Shown here piece after piece: positions 12,801-23,660 of a stretch of DNA of 64,000 bases. The stretch is from Eledone cirrhosa (taxonomy: Eukaryota). The position numbers and the translations under genes were made by a program. Under the pieces are notes generated by a model. The model was not told the DNA's origin and did not search any database. It saw only the letters and a program-made list of their open reading frames with translations. Each line of letters opens with the position of its first letter. Within the stretch, counting starts at the first letter, position 1. Where the stretch lies: assembly GCA_964016885.1 (NCBI GenBank), contig OZ024747.1:88288001-88352000 (forward strand), given 5' to 3'.

Positions 12801-13749
12801 ACACAGAAACAAGTATACAGCAGATTTCTTCCAGAGAAGGATAGGATAAATAGTGAGAAAGAGATATAGAGGAAGAATCGTCCCCAGTACTTTTTTTATT
12901 GATTTCAAATGGACGAAAGGCAAAGTCGAACTTAGATAGAGCCAAAACAAATAATGCAAATATTTGTCTCTCTTGTGTTCAAAAGCAAAGAAGGAGACTT
13001 ATGACGATGTAGTCTTAGATACTCATATAAAGACACGATAGTCACAGCTGGAAATTTTAAAAAAGTCTACTTTGGAGGTTATGACATTGTTGGGGAGTTC
13101 CATAGAGCTAACATTCTGGACAGGAAGAATTAAAGAACACTGATTCTACCACGACTGGAACAATGTTTAAACATATTTTCAATTAACAGGTGGAAACCAA
13201 TAAGTATATATATATATATATACATATATATGCATAGTAGTTAGCGACCTTATAGTCAGGGCTAGAAGAGCACACACACACACATATATATACAATGTTA
13301 ATACAGCCAGACACATTGTGACACCATCACAAACAATGTGTAGACCAATCCACCAATATATATATACACACACATACATATATATATATATATACCGTCT
13401 AACTCATGCTAGCGTGGAAGATAGACATCAAACGATGATGATGATATATATATATATATATATATACACTGACTTCCTACAAGATTACATCTCAAATGAA
13501 CAGGAGAGGTGACAGTACATACCTTTGGTGGAGTCCAAGTCCTCCGTTGAATGATTTCAATTTAGCACCATTTATCTGAACACAAACACTCATGTAATAT
13601 TGATTGATTAAAGAAATCTAAAAGAGGACATTTATTATCTTTGATCATCTCAAGAAAATGAAATACCCATCAATATTATAATCATAAAAGTTGCATGATT
13701 TTAACCTTATTTAACATTATTGACAGATTTTAACCTTATTATTAGGTAG

Positions 13750-14045
13750 GTTCCCATGACTTTCGGAAACATTTTTTCACGCTCAGAGTTGCTGAAGCAT
13801 GGAACAAACTACCTTCATAAGTTGTTAGCTGTCGAGACACTGCATCCTTTAAGGCCTCCATACTTCCCGAGATCCGCCAACACTACAGCTAATGTTCCCC
13901 CTCCATACACATACACACATGTATACCATGACTCATACACTATTCACTTCCCTGACATTTGTGTATTATTCTATGTACTATACATACACCTTTGACGAGT
14001 TGTAGTGCACCTGAGCACTTTACACAATAATTTCATTATTATTTT
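13750..14045 (+). mobile_element. CR1-type LINE 3' end
   Basis: Translates as HDFRKHFFTLRVAEAWNKLPS*VVSCRDTASFK (the CR1 ORF2 C-terminal FF..RV...WN.LP motif), followed by a UTR and an (ATT)n tail. Confidence 0.85.
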
Positions 14046-14604
14046 TCATTATTATATGTAATTATAATAAATCCATAAAAATTAGGGAGTTCACTCTAGT
14101 TTTGATTATGATATATTATCAAAACGATTCTAAAAAATAATTATTGTAGAAATTTATTATAGTACAATGATATAATGCCTTATATTTGTAGGTAGAAAAT
14201 TCCTATCTTTAGCAACACTTTTATTCAGCATCGAAAAACTGTGTTCTACAGCAGCTGATGTCGCTTGGTATTGTCTCAGATCTGCATATTTGAAGTGCAC
14301 TTGACAGTGTTTGTTTTTACAGCATGAATAGGCAAAGTTGACGTCAGTATAATTTGAACTCAGAGCTGGAACAAATTTAATCCAATGTCAAACAACTCTG
14401 CCAATTATATTTGATATGGTTCAGTGTAAAGTAAATTATATTTTCAACTGGCTACCTCCTTAACACTCAATTGTAAAATAGATTAGGATTTAAGGAGTAG
14501 TTATTTTTTTCAGCTAAAACAAAAGAAAAAGAAACAGATTAATCAAATCTTACAAAGATTAAAGGGACTATTTCTTTCTTGGGATTATATTTGTAGTTTT
14601 GTAA

Positions 14605-14685
14605 CTAGAGAGATAATTCTGGTAGAGCTGCTGCCAATTTCTGGTAAAGTTTCTCCTTGTCATCATGGAGTTCATAGAAAGGAAC
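14605..14685 (-). CDS. FASTKD5: FAST kinase domain-containing protein 5-like, last coding exon (end of RAP domain)
   Basis: Acceptor tttttctatccttag; VPFYELHDDKEKLYQKLAAALPELSL*; phase 0 matches the previous exon. Confidence 0.85.
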   Translation of the reverse strand, partial: VPFYELHDDKEKLYQKLAAALPELSL

Positions 14686-14814
14686 CTAAGGATAGAAAAA
14701 ATAAATAGTTTAAACCTTTTGTTAGCAGGGAAAGCCGTCGTTAAAACAATGATGATGATGATGATACTACCTATGTTGTGTCTCAATGGGATTTGAAATC
14801 AAAACATAAACAGT

Positions 14815-14985
14815 CCGCCATGGAAATGCCTTCTCTATTCTGTCTGCCGGGTGGCCAGTACGTGGGCTCCCATTTGCTGAGAGATGGGGAGAGACAGAGG
14901 CAGTGAGAGTTTGGTTCCTTTATGTTCGAACCTGGTGTATATATATGTTTCACAGACACACACTCACACTGAGGCAGTGTAGTTA
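14815..14985 (+). mobile_element. CRE-clade LINE 3' tip
   Basis: GGAAATGCCTTCTCTATTCTGTC...GGCAGTGAGAGTTTGGTTCCTTT...ACCTGGTGTATA, shared with the copies at 47603 and 57855. Confidence 0.75.
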
Positions 14986-15066
14986 TTTATTTTTTAATTA
15001 TTGGGCTATGTAAAATTAAAACAGTTGCATAGATGATCTACCAATAAATACTGATTTGAAACTTAC

Positions 15067-15199
15067 CTCAATAACATTGAAACCTTTTATCTTTAACTGA
15101 CGAATTCTAGCTTTGTGAAGACCCATCATAATATAAGAAACCTCATTGTTACTGTGTAATCGACAAAAAGTGTTTGGGCCGATCACTACAAGTGCCACT
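15067..15199 (-). CDS. FASTKD5: FASTKD5-like coding exon 5 (RAP domain)
   Basis: ttttcag / gtaagt boundaries; RVALVVIGPNTFCRLHSNNEVSYIMMGLHKARIRQLKIKGFNVIE is a typical RAP-domain signature. Confidence 0.92.
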
Positions 15200-15534
15200 C
15201 TGAAAATAAATATAAAATCTAATAGATTCTGAAAACAAAATCAAGAAAGCAACTTAATTGATATAAAAGGATTGGTAGGGTAACCCTTTATATAATGAAG
15301 AATTTAGAGCAATTTACTAAAATTAATGGTGTCATTATCAAGATGGAATTTGTTACATAACAAATGATTCTTTTATAAAATTGGACAGGACTTTTTGAGT
15401 TGTTTCTTCGGACACACAGGGATGTAGTGTACTTAACCAGATACACATGTATACATGTGCAAAAACTATTTGTTCCAACAATACATAAAAAATGTGTGTA
15501 AAAAATGTGAAAATCATCCTAATATAAAAAAAAA

Positions 15535-16415
15535 ATCATCATCATCACCATTTAAGTTTTTCATGCTAGTATGGGTTAGAAAGGTTGTCTCATTGTGAGA
15601 CGAGACAGATCAGATGACTGTGTCTTGCTCATACAGAACAATATCTGGCTTGTTTTCTAAGGCTGGATGCTCTTCCTAAAGCCAGAAATATTTTCAGAGT
15701 GGACTGGGTGCTTTTTATCATGACACCAAAACAACCCACTTTACAGTATGAACTGGGTGATTTTTGTCGTGTCTCCAACATAACCACTTTACAGGTTGGG
15801 CTGGGTGATTTTGTCATGTCTCCATCATGACCATTTTACAGGGTAGGCTGGGTGTTTATTGATGTATCGTGTCACAATTACAACCATTTCACAGGGTAGA
15901 TCAGGCACCTTCTGTGATGCCACCATGACCATTTTACAGGGTGGGATGGGTACCTTTTGTCATGTCCCCAACATGACCACCTCACAGGGTGGACTGGGTG
16001 ATTATTTATCATGTCCACAGCACGACCACCTTGCAGGTAGGGTTAGGTGCTCTTTTGTCAAATTAACTTTAAGGTCTTTATATTCTAGGCCATGCTTCCA
16101 GGTTTGGAATTTCTTCTCTAATTCTGCCATAGATTTCGATACAAGGGTTAAATCATCAGCATACGGAAATTCCCATGAGCAACCAGTCTTAAAGCCTGCA
16201 GGATGATAATAAACAGGAAAGGGCTAAGATCAGAGCCCTAATGGACTCCTTCCTGCCCACTAAATTCTTCACTATAGTCATGGTTAATTCTAACCTTGCT
16301 ACCTGTTCCCCTATACATGGCTTGTACTGCCCTCACAAGCCACTCATCTACTCCTAGTTTTCTAACAGCCCACTAGATAATGGAATGGCAGACTTAGTCA
16401 AAAGCTTTTTCATGA
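15535..16415 (-). mobile_element. Internally deleted RTE LINE (RT fragment plus 3' UTR with ~9 tandem ~40-bp units)
   Basis: 16075-16415 is homologous to 7370-7715; 15535-15690 is homologous to the RTE tail. Confidence 0.85.
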
Positions 16416-17049
16416 TCAAGGTGTTTATTTTAAATACAAGGCCAGAAATTTACCAATTCTAATCCATGACTGGAACTATATTTTATCAACTCCAGAAGGA
16501 GAAAAGTCAAAGCTTGCCTCAGCAGAATTTGAACTAAAAAACGAGAAGAGCCAGAACAAATACTTAAACAATTCTGCCAGTCCCTAAAACTCATCTACAT
16601 AACTGCATAGCTTTTTTGTTCATTTACCACACAAAAGTTATGATCTATTTAAATCATTCTCAAATTTTTTCTTTAGAATTCATGAAAGAGATGCTAGACA
16701 ACAAAAAAAACAAAAAAAAAACTAGGAGGAAAAACAAAAGTTCTACATTGGTTTTATCTGTGCCACAAATGTGTGTGTGTTTGTAAACCACAAACAACTT
16801 TGTGACAGTTCAGAGAAGAAACTGGATATTATTTATTCCACCAGTAAAACAATAAGTTATGTACTAGTATATATCATGAGATGAAGAATCTAATACTTTG
16901 ACTATAAAAGTTTTAGAAACTATGACAAAAATGAGCATGGTTCTCTAACTAGTCTAAATGAGCAAGACATGGTTCTCAGATCATGACAATCCATCCAACC
17001 CAGGCTAACATAGACAATAAATGTAATAAGATAACAAAGACTCCAATAC

Positions 17050-17212
17050 CTTTGAGTGGAAGACTGAGAATCAACCATTTGAAGTAGGAGACTGTTCAGA
17101 GCAGTAGTGTTTCGAGTCGGTAGTTTAGTTTTATTAACAGAATTGAAATTATTTGAGACCCATTGATCTGAAGGTAGAATTGTGCCATCATATTTCATCT
17201 GCATCTCTATAT
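17050..17212 (-). CDS. FASTKD5: FASTKD5-like coding exon 4
   Basis: aattacag / gtattg boundaries; DIEMQMKYDGTILPSDQW...QSSTQR; phases 1 and 2 fit both neighbouring exons. Confidence 0.88.
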
Positions 17213-17273
17213 CTGTAATTATATAAAATATTTAACTATTACTCACAATGGAAGTATAATTACTGTAAGTCTA

Positions 17274-17498
17274 TTAACCCTTTAACATTTACATTACTCT
17301 ATATTTACTATTGTATTTTCACAGTAAAGACTTTACCTCACATAATTATCTTAAATAATATCGAATCAATGAGATTTTGATACTATTTATTTTGACAACA
17401 ATACCTTAACATCAGTATGAGCGGCTGGTTACAGCTGGTTTGAACAGAAAGAGGTGAGAGAATTCTGGCTAGATATGGTTTAAATGCTAAAGCGTTAA
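17274..17498. mobile_element. piggyBac-type MITE, opposite orientation to the copies at 18833 and 19858
   Basis: TTAACCCTTTAACATTTAC...TAAATGCTAAAGCGTTAA. Confidence 0.85.
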
Positions 17499-18494
17499 TC
17501 TCAAAAAGATTGAAGAGGGACAATATAGGCTGAAGAAGACTTCAGTCTTGCCAAATACATGATAATCTTTCATACTGGTGCTACAATGATTTGCACTCAA
17601 TACACTTGGTAAAGTGGTAATGATGGAGCCATGATAAAATCCACCCAGCTGTAGAAACCATGCCAATAGGAGCAAGGTGCAGTTCTTTAACAAGTATAGT
17701 CTTGGACTATGGCGATCCATCCAACCCATATCACCATAGACAGCAGACGTAATACAATGATGATGATATGAATAGCAGGGATCAGTGTAGCAGAGTTTAC
17801 AAACAGAACAAACAGGCATTGAACAGTATGGAGGAGTTTCAGAATATTAAGTAACCATCAAACAACACTTGAAAGCGGTTTAAAAATTTAAATCTAAATT
17901 TAATTCCAATGACAAGAAACCGGGACATTTTTCTCAGAGTTTTTTATACTCGGAAGAAGGAAATTTTAAGTCTCGAAATATCAGGAAGAAAGAAACAACA
18001 GCAACAAAAAAGATTACCAGGTAACTTACTTTTTTGTTACCTTCATTTTACCATCCATTTTGCATTGTTTAGCCTTATATCACTTTCCACATTATATATT
18101 ATATACAATGCTTCAAGTTTATTTTCTGAATATCTTCAGGTGACTTAACCCCTTTAATACCAAACTGCCCGGAATGTCCATGGGAGTGCCTATATGCTGA
18201 AGATGTAGCCCTTATAGCTGGAACTATAGAAAAATGTATAAGCAAGATGAGGTTGCCCAAACCCATTTGGCTTTGAAATGTGACAACCAGTCCAACCCAT
18301 ATGAGTGTGGAAAGTAGACATAAAGATGATGAGAATATAGATGTTCATGTTTGTTTTTACTTTTGTGTCTATGTCCTGAAGTTGATGAGATCAACAAAAG
18401 ATTGCCGGACTTTAAAAAATAAGTACTGAAACCAGCCAAAGAATAAAAGAGTGGAAGAAAGAATCAAAGAAAAACATTGTAAAGGTATGCTTAC

Positions 18495-18651
18495 CTGCTG
18501 TTTGAAAATGAGGCAGGAGGCAAACAATTTTGTATTTGTTGTTACCATTAAACAGAGTATCAACATATTTGAGAAACTTTAAAAGTAAATTTTCCCGGTG
18601 TGACAAATCATTAGAATCCAAGTCAGGCAGTTTACAAAATATTTCATGATT
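18495..18651 (-). CDS. FASTKD5: FASTKD5-like coding exon 3
   Basis: ttttccag / gtaagc boundaries; NHEIFCKLPDLDS...KIVCLLPHFQTA completes the LPH...D(I/L)E motif with the next exon. Confidence 0.92.
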
Positions 18652-18832
18652 CTGGAAAATTCATTAAGAACTGACTTAAAATTTAGAGTTAATTATGGTT
18701 ATTAGAAAGTATTTTAAATTAACAGAAATATAGATAATAGATGTGATGCTAAAGTATTGGACATCCTAGAAAAATGCCCATGAATTTAACTATAGTTTAC
18801 CTAACTAACATTAACAATGATGGCAATGATGA

Positions 18833-19028
18833 TGAACCCTTTAGCATTTCAACCAGTTGTATCTGGCCAGAACTCTCTCACCTCTTTCTCTTCAAACCAG
18901 CTGTAACTGGCCACTCATACCTACATTAAGGTATTGTTCTCAAAATAAATAACATCAAATTCTCGTAGATTCGACATTATGTGAGATAATTTACTGTGAA
19001 AATACAATAGTGAATGCTAAAGGGTTAA
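18833..19028. mobile_element. piggyBac-type MITE
   Basis: Same family as 3832-4034; ends AATGCTAAAGGGTTAA. Confidence 0.85.
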
Positions 19029-19386
19029 GTGAAGGCAGATGGAGATCGAGGGAGGTAGGGAAGGTAAAGGGGTACATAGAAATGACTTTCCCCTCTCCCA
19101 AAATTGTTGGCCTTGTGCCTAAATCAGAAACCATTCTGTATATATCAAATGAAATACCAATATACCCAACTATAAGAGCAATCACTAATTAACAGTTAAC
19201 AAAAAGACTGCTGCTTCAGACTCAATCTCATTTGGAACTATACAATTATTGAGGTTTGAAAAGCTTGCTTGAGTGAAAATTACTGGATGACAAATTTTGG
19301 AAAAATTAAGGAGGCCTCACATTGGAAAAGGAGGAATTTGAACTGGGTCTCTAAGAATCACTACTCTAGCAGATTATTGATCTTAC

Positions 19387-19502
19387 CTTTGATAAAGTGC
19401 TGAGAAAATTATCTGGTAGAAGAGGTCCTTTATAGTTGGGCCGTTCTATTTTGACACTTTCACTTAAATGGAATAGTTCACGTCGTAAATCAAGTCTTTT
19501 AG
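19387..19502 (-). CDS. FASTKD5: FASTKD5-like coding exon 2 (FAST_2 region)
   Basis: tctttatcag / gtaaga boundaries; TKRLDLRRELFHLSESVKIERPNYKGPLLPDNFLSTLSK contains the FASTK-family V.iE.P.Y.G..L motif. Confidence 0.93.
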
Positions 19503-19857
19503 CTGATAAAGAAAAAGGATATTCTTGTAGCAATTAGACAACATGAATAAACACAAACAACTTGAGTAAATGAGGAGAGCTTTTATGTTGGTGAGGTGGT
19601 GTCTTCTTTAATACCAGGGGCTGAATTGCAAGTACATAAAAACCTGCAGGAATGAGAAAAATAATGTATCATCATTATCATTTAATGTCTACAGCTCCCC
19701 ATACTGCCCTAGGTTGGACGGGTTATCACAGACCAAGGCAGTACTTAATCAGAGCTAATTCCCCACAGATGGGCTGGAAGGAAGGTGGGAAAGGGTTTCA
19801 CCAATGTTATAAATTCATAGGTATGTAACTTATTTGATGATTTGAGCTCAGATGTCT

Positions 19858-20068
19858 TTAACCCTTTAGCATTTAAACCGGCCGTATCTGGCCAGAATTC
19901 TCACCTCTTTCTGTTCAAATCAGCCATAACTGGCTGCTCATACCGATATTAAGGTATTGTTCTCAAAATAAATAACATCAAAATCTCGTAGCTTTGATAT
20001 TATGTGAGATAATTATGAGGTAAAGCCTTTACCATGAAAATAGAGTAATGGAAATACTAAAGGGTTAA
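19858..20068. mobile_element. piggyBac-type MITE
   Basis: TTAACCCTTTAGCATTT...AAATACTAAAGGGTTAA. Confidence 0.88.
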
Positions 20069-20229
20069 TCATAGAGCTGCTTAATCAGAGCTGACTTTGA
20101 AGTAAAACAAATTAATTTGCTGAGCTATCCACACTGTAAATGTGGTTGATGTTAGGAAGGGCATCCAGCTATAAAATACCTGGCCAAATTTAGTCCTCGT
20201 TGGAGCAAGGTATGATGTGGCCCACTCTG

Positions 20230-20545
20230 GCCAGACACTCATCCTCTCAAGGAAGCCTGCGCAGTCCACTCTACATGTGAAAAAAGATCTACTGAAGCAG
20301 GTGGAGAAGTTCAAGTACCCTGGGGCCGTGTTTACAAGTGAAGGAAGGCAGGAAGCTGAATTAAGTGCAAGAATTGTAGGAACTGGTGCAATAATGCACC
20401 AGCTTCACCATTCAGTAATCAGAAGAAGAGAGGTAGGTATAAAAGCCAAACATGCTATCTTCAATTTGGTATTCATGCCAACCCTTTTCTATGGTCATGA
20501 ATCTTGGGTAATGACCAAAATATGATCACAAATACAAGCATCTTA
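20230..20545 (+). mobile_element. RTE-clade LINE fragment (second family)
   Basis: LKQVEKFKYPGAVFTSEG...PTLFYGHESWVMT (post-RT region). Related pieces lie at 22555-22740 (+) and 42360-42710 (-). Confidence 0.8.
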
Positions 20546-20902
20546 TTAATAACTGCATTGTTTCGTTTAAACTGACATCTCACTGTTCAAAGAAGACTTC
20601 ATAAGTGATTAGTAGCGACTTCTCTAGTAAATGGACAACATTTGGCATTGTAATGATATCAAGTCCTCCCAACCCCAGCAAGTTTCCTATGGCTGGAAGC
20701 CCTTCCTACCCCCAACCACTTTATAGCAGGTACTGGGTGCATTTATCACATAGATCACCAACTCTAGGGAGGCTGTCATGTCCCTAACACAACTGAAGGG
20801 TCCTCCCAACCATTTGTTGGGCAAGCTTTCTACGTCTGCATGTCCTTCCTATCACCATTTTACAGTGAATGGTAAAAGTTAAACGAGAAAAACAATCCTT
20901 AC

Positions 20903-22421
20903 TTTTTCTTAAATCATCAATTTGTTTCATCATATCTGGTTGGAAGAGGGTTTCAATCAGTTGTAATGGGTAGAGATCTATAAATGTCATAGCAACTAAA
21001 GTATTTAACAGACATTGAGGGTATTTCAAAATTTCAGTCTTCCGCCTACTAGACGTAACTTCCTCAAGTATCTTGTCCCAGAACTCAGGCATCGGTCCTA
21101 AAACAGGATCAAGATTGGCTGCAGAGAAGCAGATTTTTGCGATATCTTTTAATCTATAATTGGAAAAGTCTTCCAAAATGAGTCGCTGTTTTACATTTGC
21201 CAAAAAAGCATTGCTCACAAAATGAATATTGTGGAAAAAAAGTAGGATGTGCATAAATGTTGAGTAAGAATATTTATGAAGGTGTATAGAAATGGCATCT
21301 ATGAGTTCATCTAGCTTATGGAATAATGTTGGCATAGTTTTATCAATAGATTTTGTACAGGATATTTGGAAACCTTTAAATATTGAAGCTACAGTTATTG
21401 AATCAGTCTGCACCATGTTGTCTTTAAGTTTTTTTACAGAAGTTTCAAGAAAATCTATGTTCCGTATTTGGCTTCTTGTTTTGAAAAATCCAAGGCAAAT
21501 AATTGCAATTTCTTCAATGTTAAGACTTTCTGAGATTGCAGGTAAACAATTAAGTATTTGAACAGTAATTTCTAAAGGTATTTTGCGGGCAAGATTGGCA
21601 TAGAATAAAGTAAGTACTATTTCATGTTTGTTTAATATCTTATCTTGGATAGTTCCAAAAAATATATGTTTGAACATAGAATTTTTATAATAAAGTAAAA
21701 AAAAGAAATGATTTGCCTGAAAAAATTGCTTTAAAGTGAAATTGCCTGATCGTAACAGACAATGACTATCAAAGGCTTTAGCAAGTTTGCCAGCAACTTT
21801 TCTTTGTTGCTTTGTTGAGCTGGAGCGGAATTCAAAGTTAATCAAAATGTTCATGCAATGAAATAGTTGCTCAGTATTCCATTTAGGGAGTTCATTAATT
21901 AAAAGCTTACAAATCTTGAGAAATGTTTCATTTCTGAATAAATTACTATGCTCTTCTGCTGACTGCTTTGACAAATCATAGAATTTATCAAGGATCTGTG
22001 AGGGAGAATATGTTTGAAAGTTACAAAGAAAATCTTTCAAGTCTGTTGTTTGATTTTGATCACAATGTTTGATATATATTCCAGGTAAAAAAAAAGGATG
22101 ATATTCTTGATTGCTAATTAAATACTCATAAAAATGTTCATTTTCAATTTCTTGATGTTGAAAAGCTGGAACAAATTTATCTTCTATACAACAATAACTC
22201 CTTTTCAGTGAACAAACTTTCCTCTGACATTTTCCTTTGAATAAATTATTTTGATACCAATAAAATGGTGAGTACTGATGGAAGGAAGAGATTTGAAACC
22301 CACCAGATTTTTGTAGCTGTTTCTGAAATAGTTTGAAAGATTCTGTGGAAACAGAGGTTGACTTGGTGAATTGTAAGGAAATTCTTTTGAAACATGTTTG
22401 GCAAATAGTTTTCAAAAACAT
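20903..22421 (-). CDS. FASTKD5: FAST kinase domain-containing protein 5-like, mitochondrial; large coding exon 1
   Basis: 506 open codons. Acceptor ttcctttgcag before 22442, ATG at 22421, donor gtaagg after 20903. The basic/Ser-Thr N-terminus resembles a mitochondrial presequence. EIAIICLGFFKT, RLKDIAKICFS and YPQCL...FIDLYPLQLI match my recollection of FASTKD5 motifs. Confidence 0.93.
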
Positions 22422-23172
22422 TACATTCTTTTTGGTAAGACACTGCAAAGGAAAGCAAAATAAAATAAACATGAGACTGATTTCTTAGTGACAAGGTAAG
22501 TTTTTGAAGGCTAGGTATGATTAACTGAATGGTTGATTGAATTTATTACTAACCTAACTGATGGTCACGAATCTTGGGTATGACCGAAAGAATACAATTG
22601 CGAGTAAGAAATGGGGTTACTCAGAAGGGTCTTTGGAGTAATGTTCCTCAAAAAGACATGTAGCTCAGAGATAAGGGAGTCACTTCAGCTACTTCTCCAC
22701 ATCAAGAGATCACAACTCTGACACTACCGACATGTGTATTATGAGTAAAGGAAGCCAGAACTATTTTCTATTCAACTCTTAACATCCTGTACTAAAACTA
22801 TTCTTCACAATTTCACAACAGCATCACATTAAAAATCAAACTTTTTACATTAGTTTACTGCAAATTTAACCAACAATCCACTTGTAAACTCACTGTAAAC
22901 TTAATTAAAATCTAACAATTTGATATGAGGCTTTTGTTAAGTTATATTAAAATTACCATCTTAATAATGAAATAATTCTAGTAATCCCTCATTAATTAAT
23001 CCAGATGCAGTGTATTTCATTAGAAATATGGTAATGAAAGAGTCCTGTTTAGTTAACGAATTACATGTCTCCCTTAAAAGGAAAGGTTTTATTTTCAATC
23101 AAAGGACAAATTTTCAGTATTATTATAGAACACCTGAATTGATTTTAGTGAGAAATAATTATTTATTCTCGT

Positions 23173-23495
23173 GTGCTATCAATTAAACCTGACTCGTAAT
23201 ATACTGCAAAGGAAAACAGATGAGGGAGAGGACCCTTGGATTACTCCCACTCACCCCGAGTTTTCTTTGCTAATTTTTATTTTCGTGTGCTACCAATTAA
23301 TCTTTCCACTGAATATGCCGTAAAGGACTTTTCCCCTAGAAAATGTTGGGGGAAGATGGAGAAACCCTCGGACTTTTTACCCGCCTCCCCTGGGAGGAAT
23401 AAAGAAAACTTCGAGTGGGAGCAGGTTCGAGGGTCCCTCCAGTCCTAAAAAAATGTCCTCTGCATCATATTCGGAAGTAAGTTAATTGATAGCAC
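23173..23495. mobile_element. MITE-like element with imperfect terminal inverted repeats
   Basis: GTGCTATCAATTAA ... TTAATTGATAGCAC, plus a subterminal GAGGACCC/GGGTCCCTC pair. Confidence 0.65.
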
Positions 23496-23570
23496 TACTA
23501 CTGCCATCTGTCAATTCAGACTAAGCGGTGTATTTTCGATTCCTTGTCGAAGTTATTTCGCTTCACTTAC

Positions 23571-23660
23571 ACCATAAATGACCTCGAAAAAGTCACGAAT
23601 ACCGCACATCCATTTCTCTAGACATCGCTGATATAAGAAATCAATACTTTGTTGGCTTAG
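23571..23660 (-). other. Probable first exon / TSS region of the FASTKD5-like gene
   Basis: Strong donor GGT|GTAAGT at 23571/23570, local CpG enrichment, about 1.1 kb upstream of the acceptor at 22442. The 5' boundary is approximate. Confidence 0.55.

Noticed and set aside
15690-16060. Regularly spaced repeats resembling a CRISPR array
   Set aside because: Units are contiguous and degenerate with no unique spacers, lie in a LINE 3' UTR, and the DNA is eukaryotic with no cas genes.
20784-22472. 562-aa ORF as a single-exon gene
   Set aside because: Both ends run into introns: an acceptor precedes 22442 and a donor follows 20903. The RAP domain is on downstream exons.
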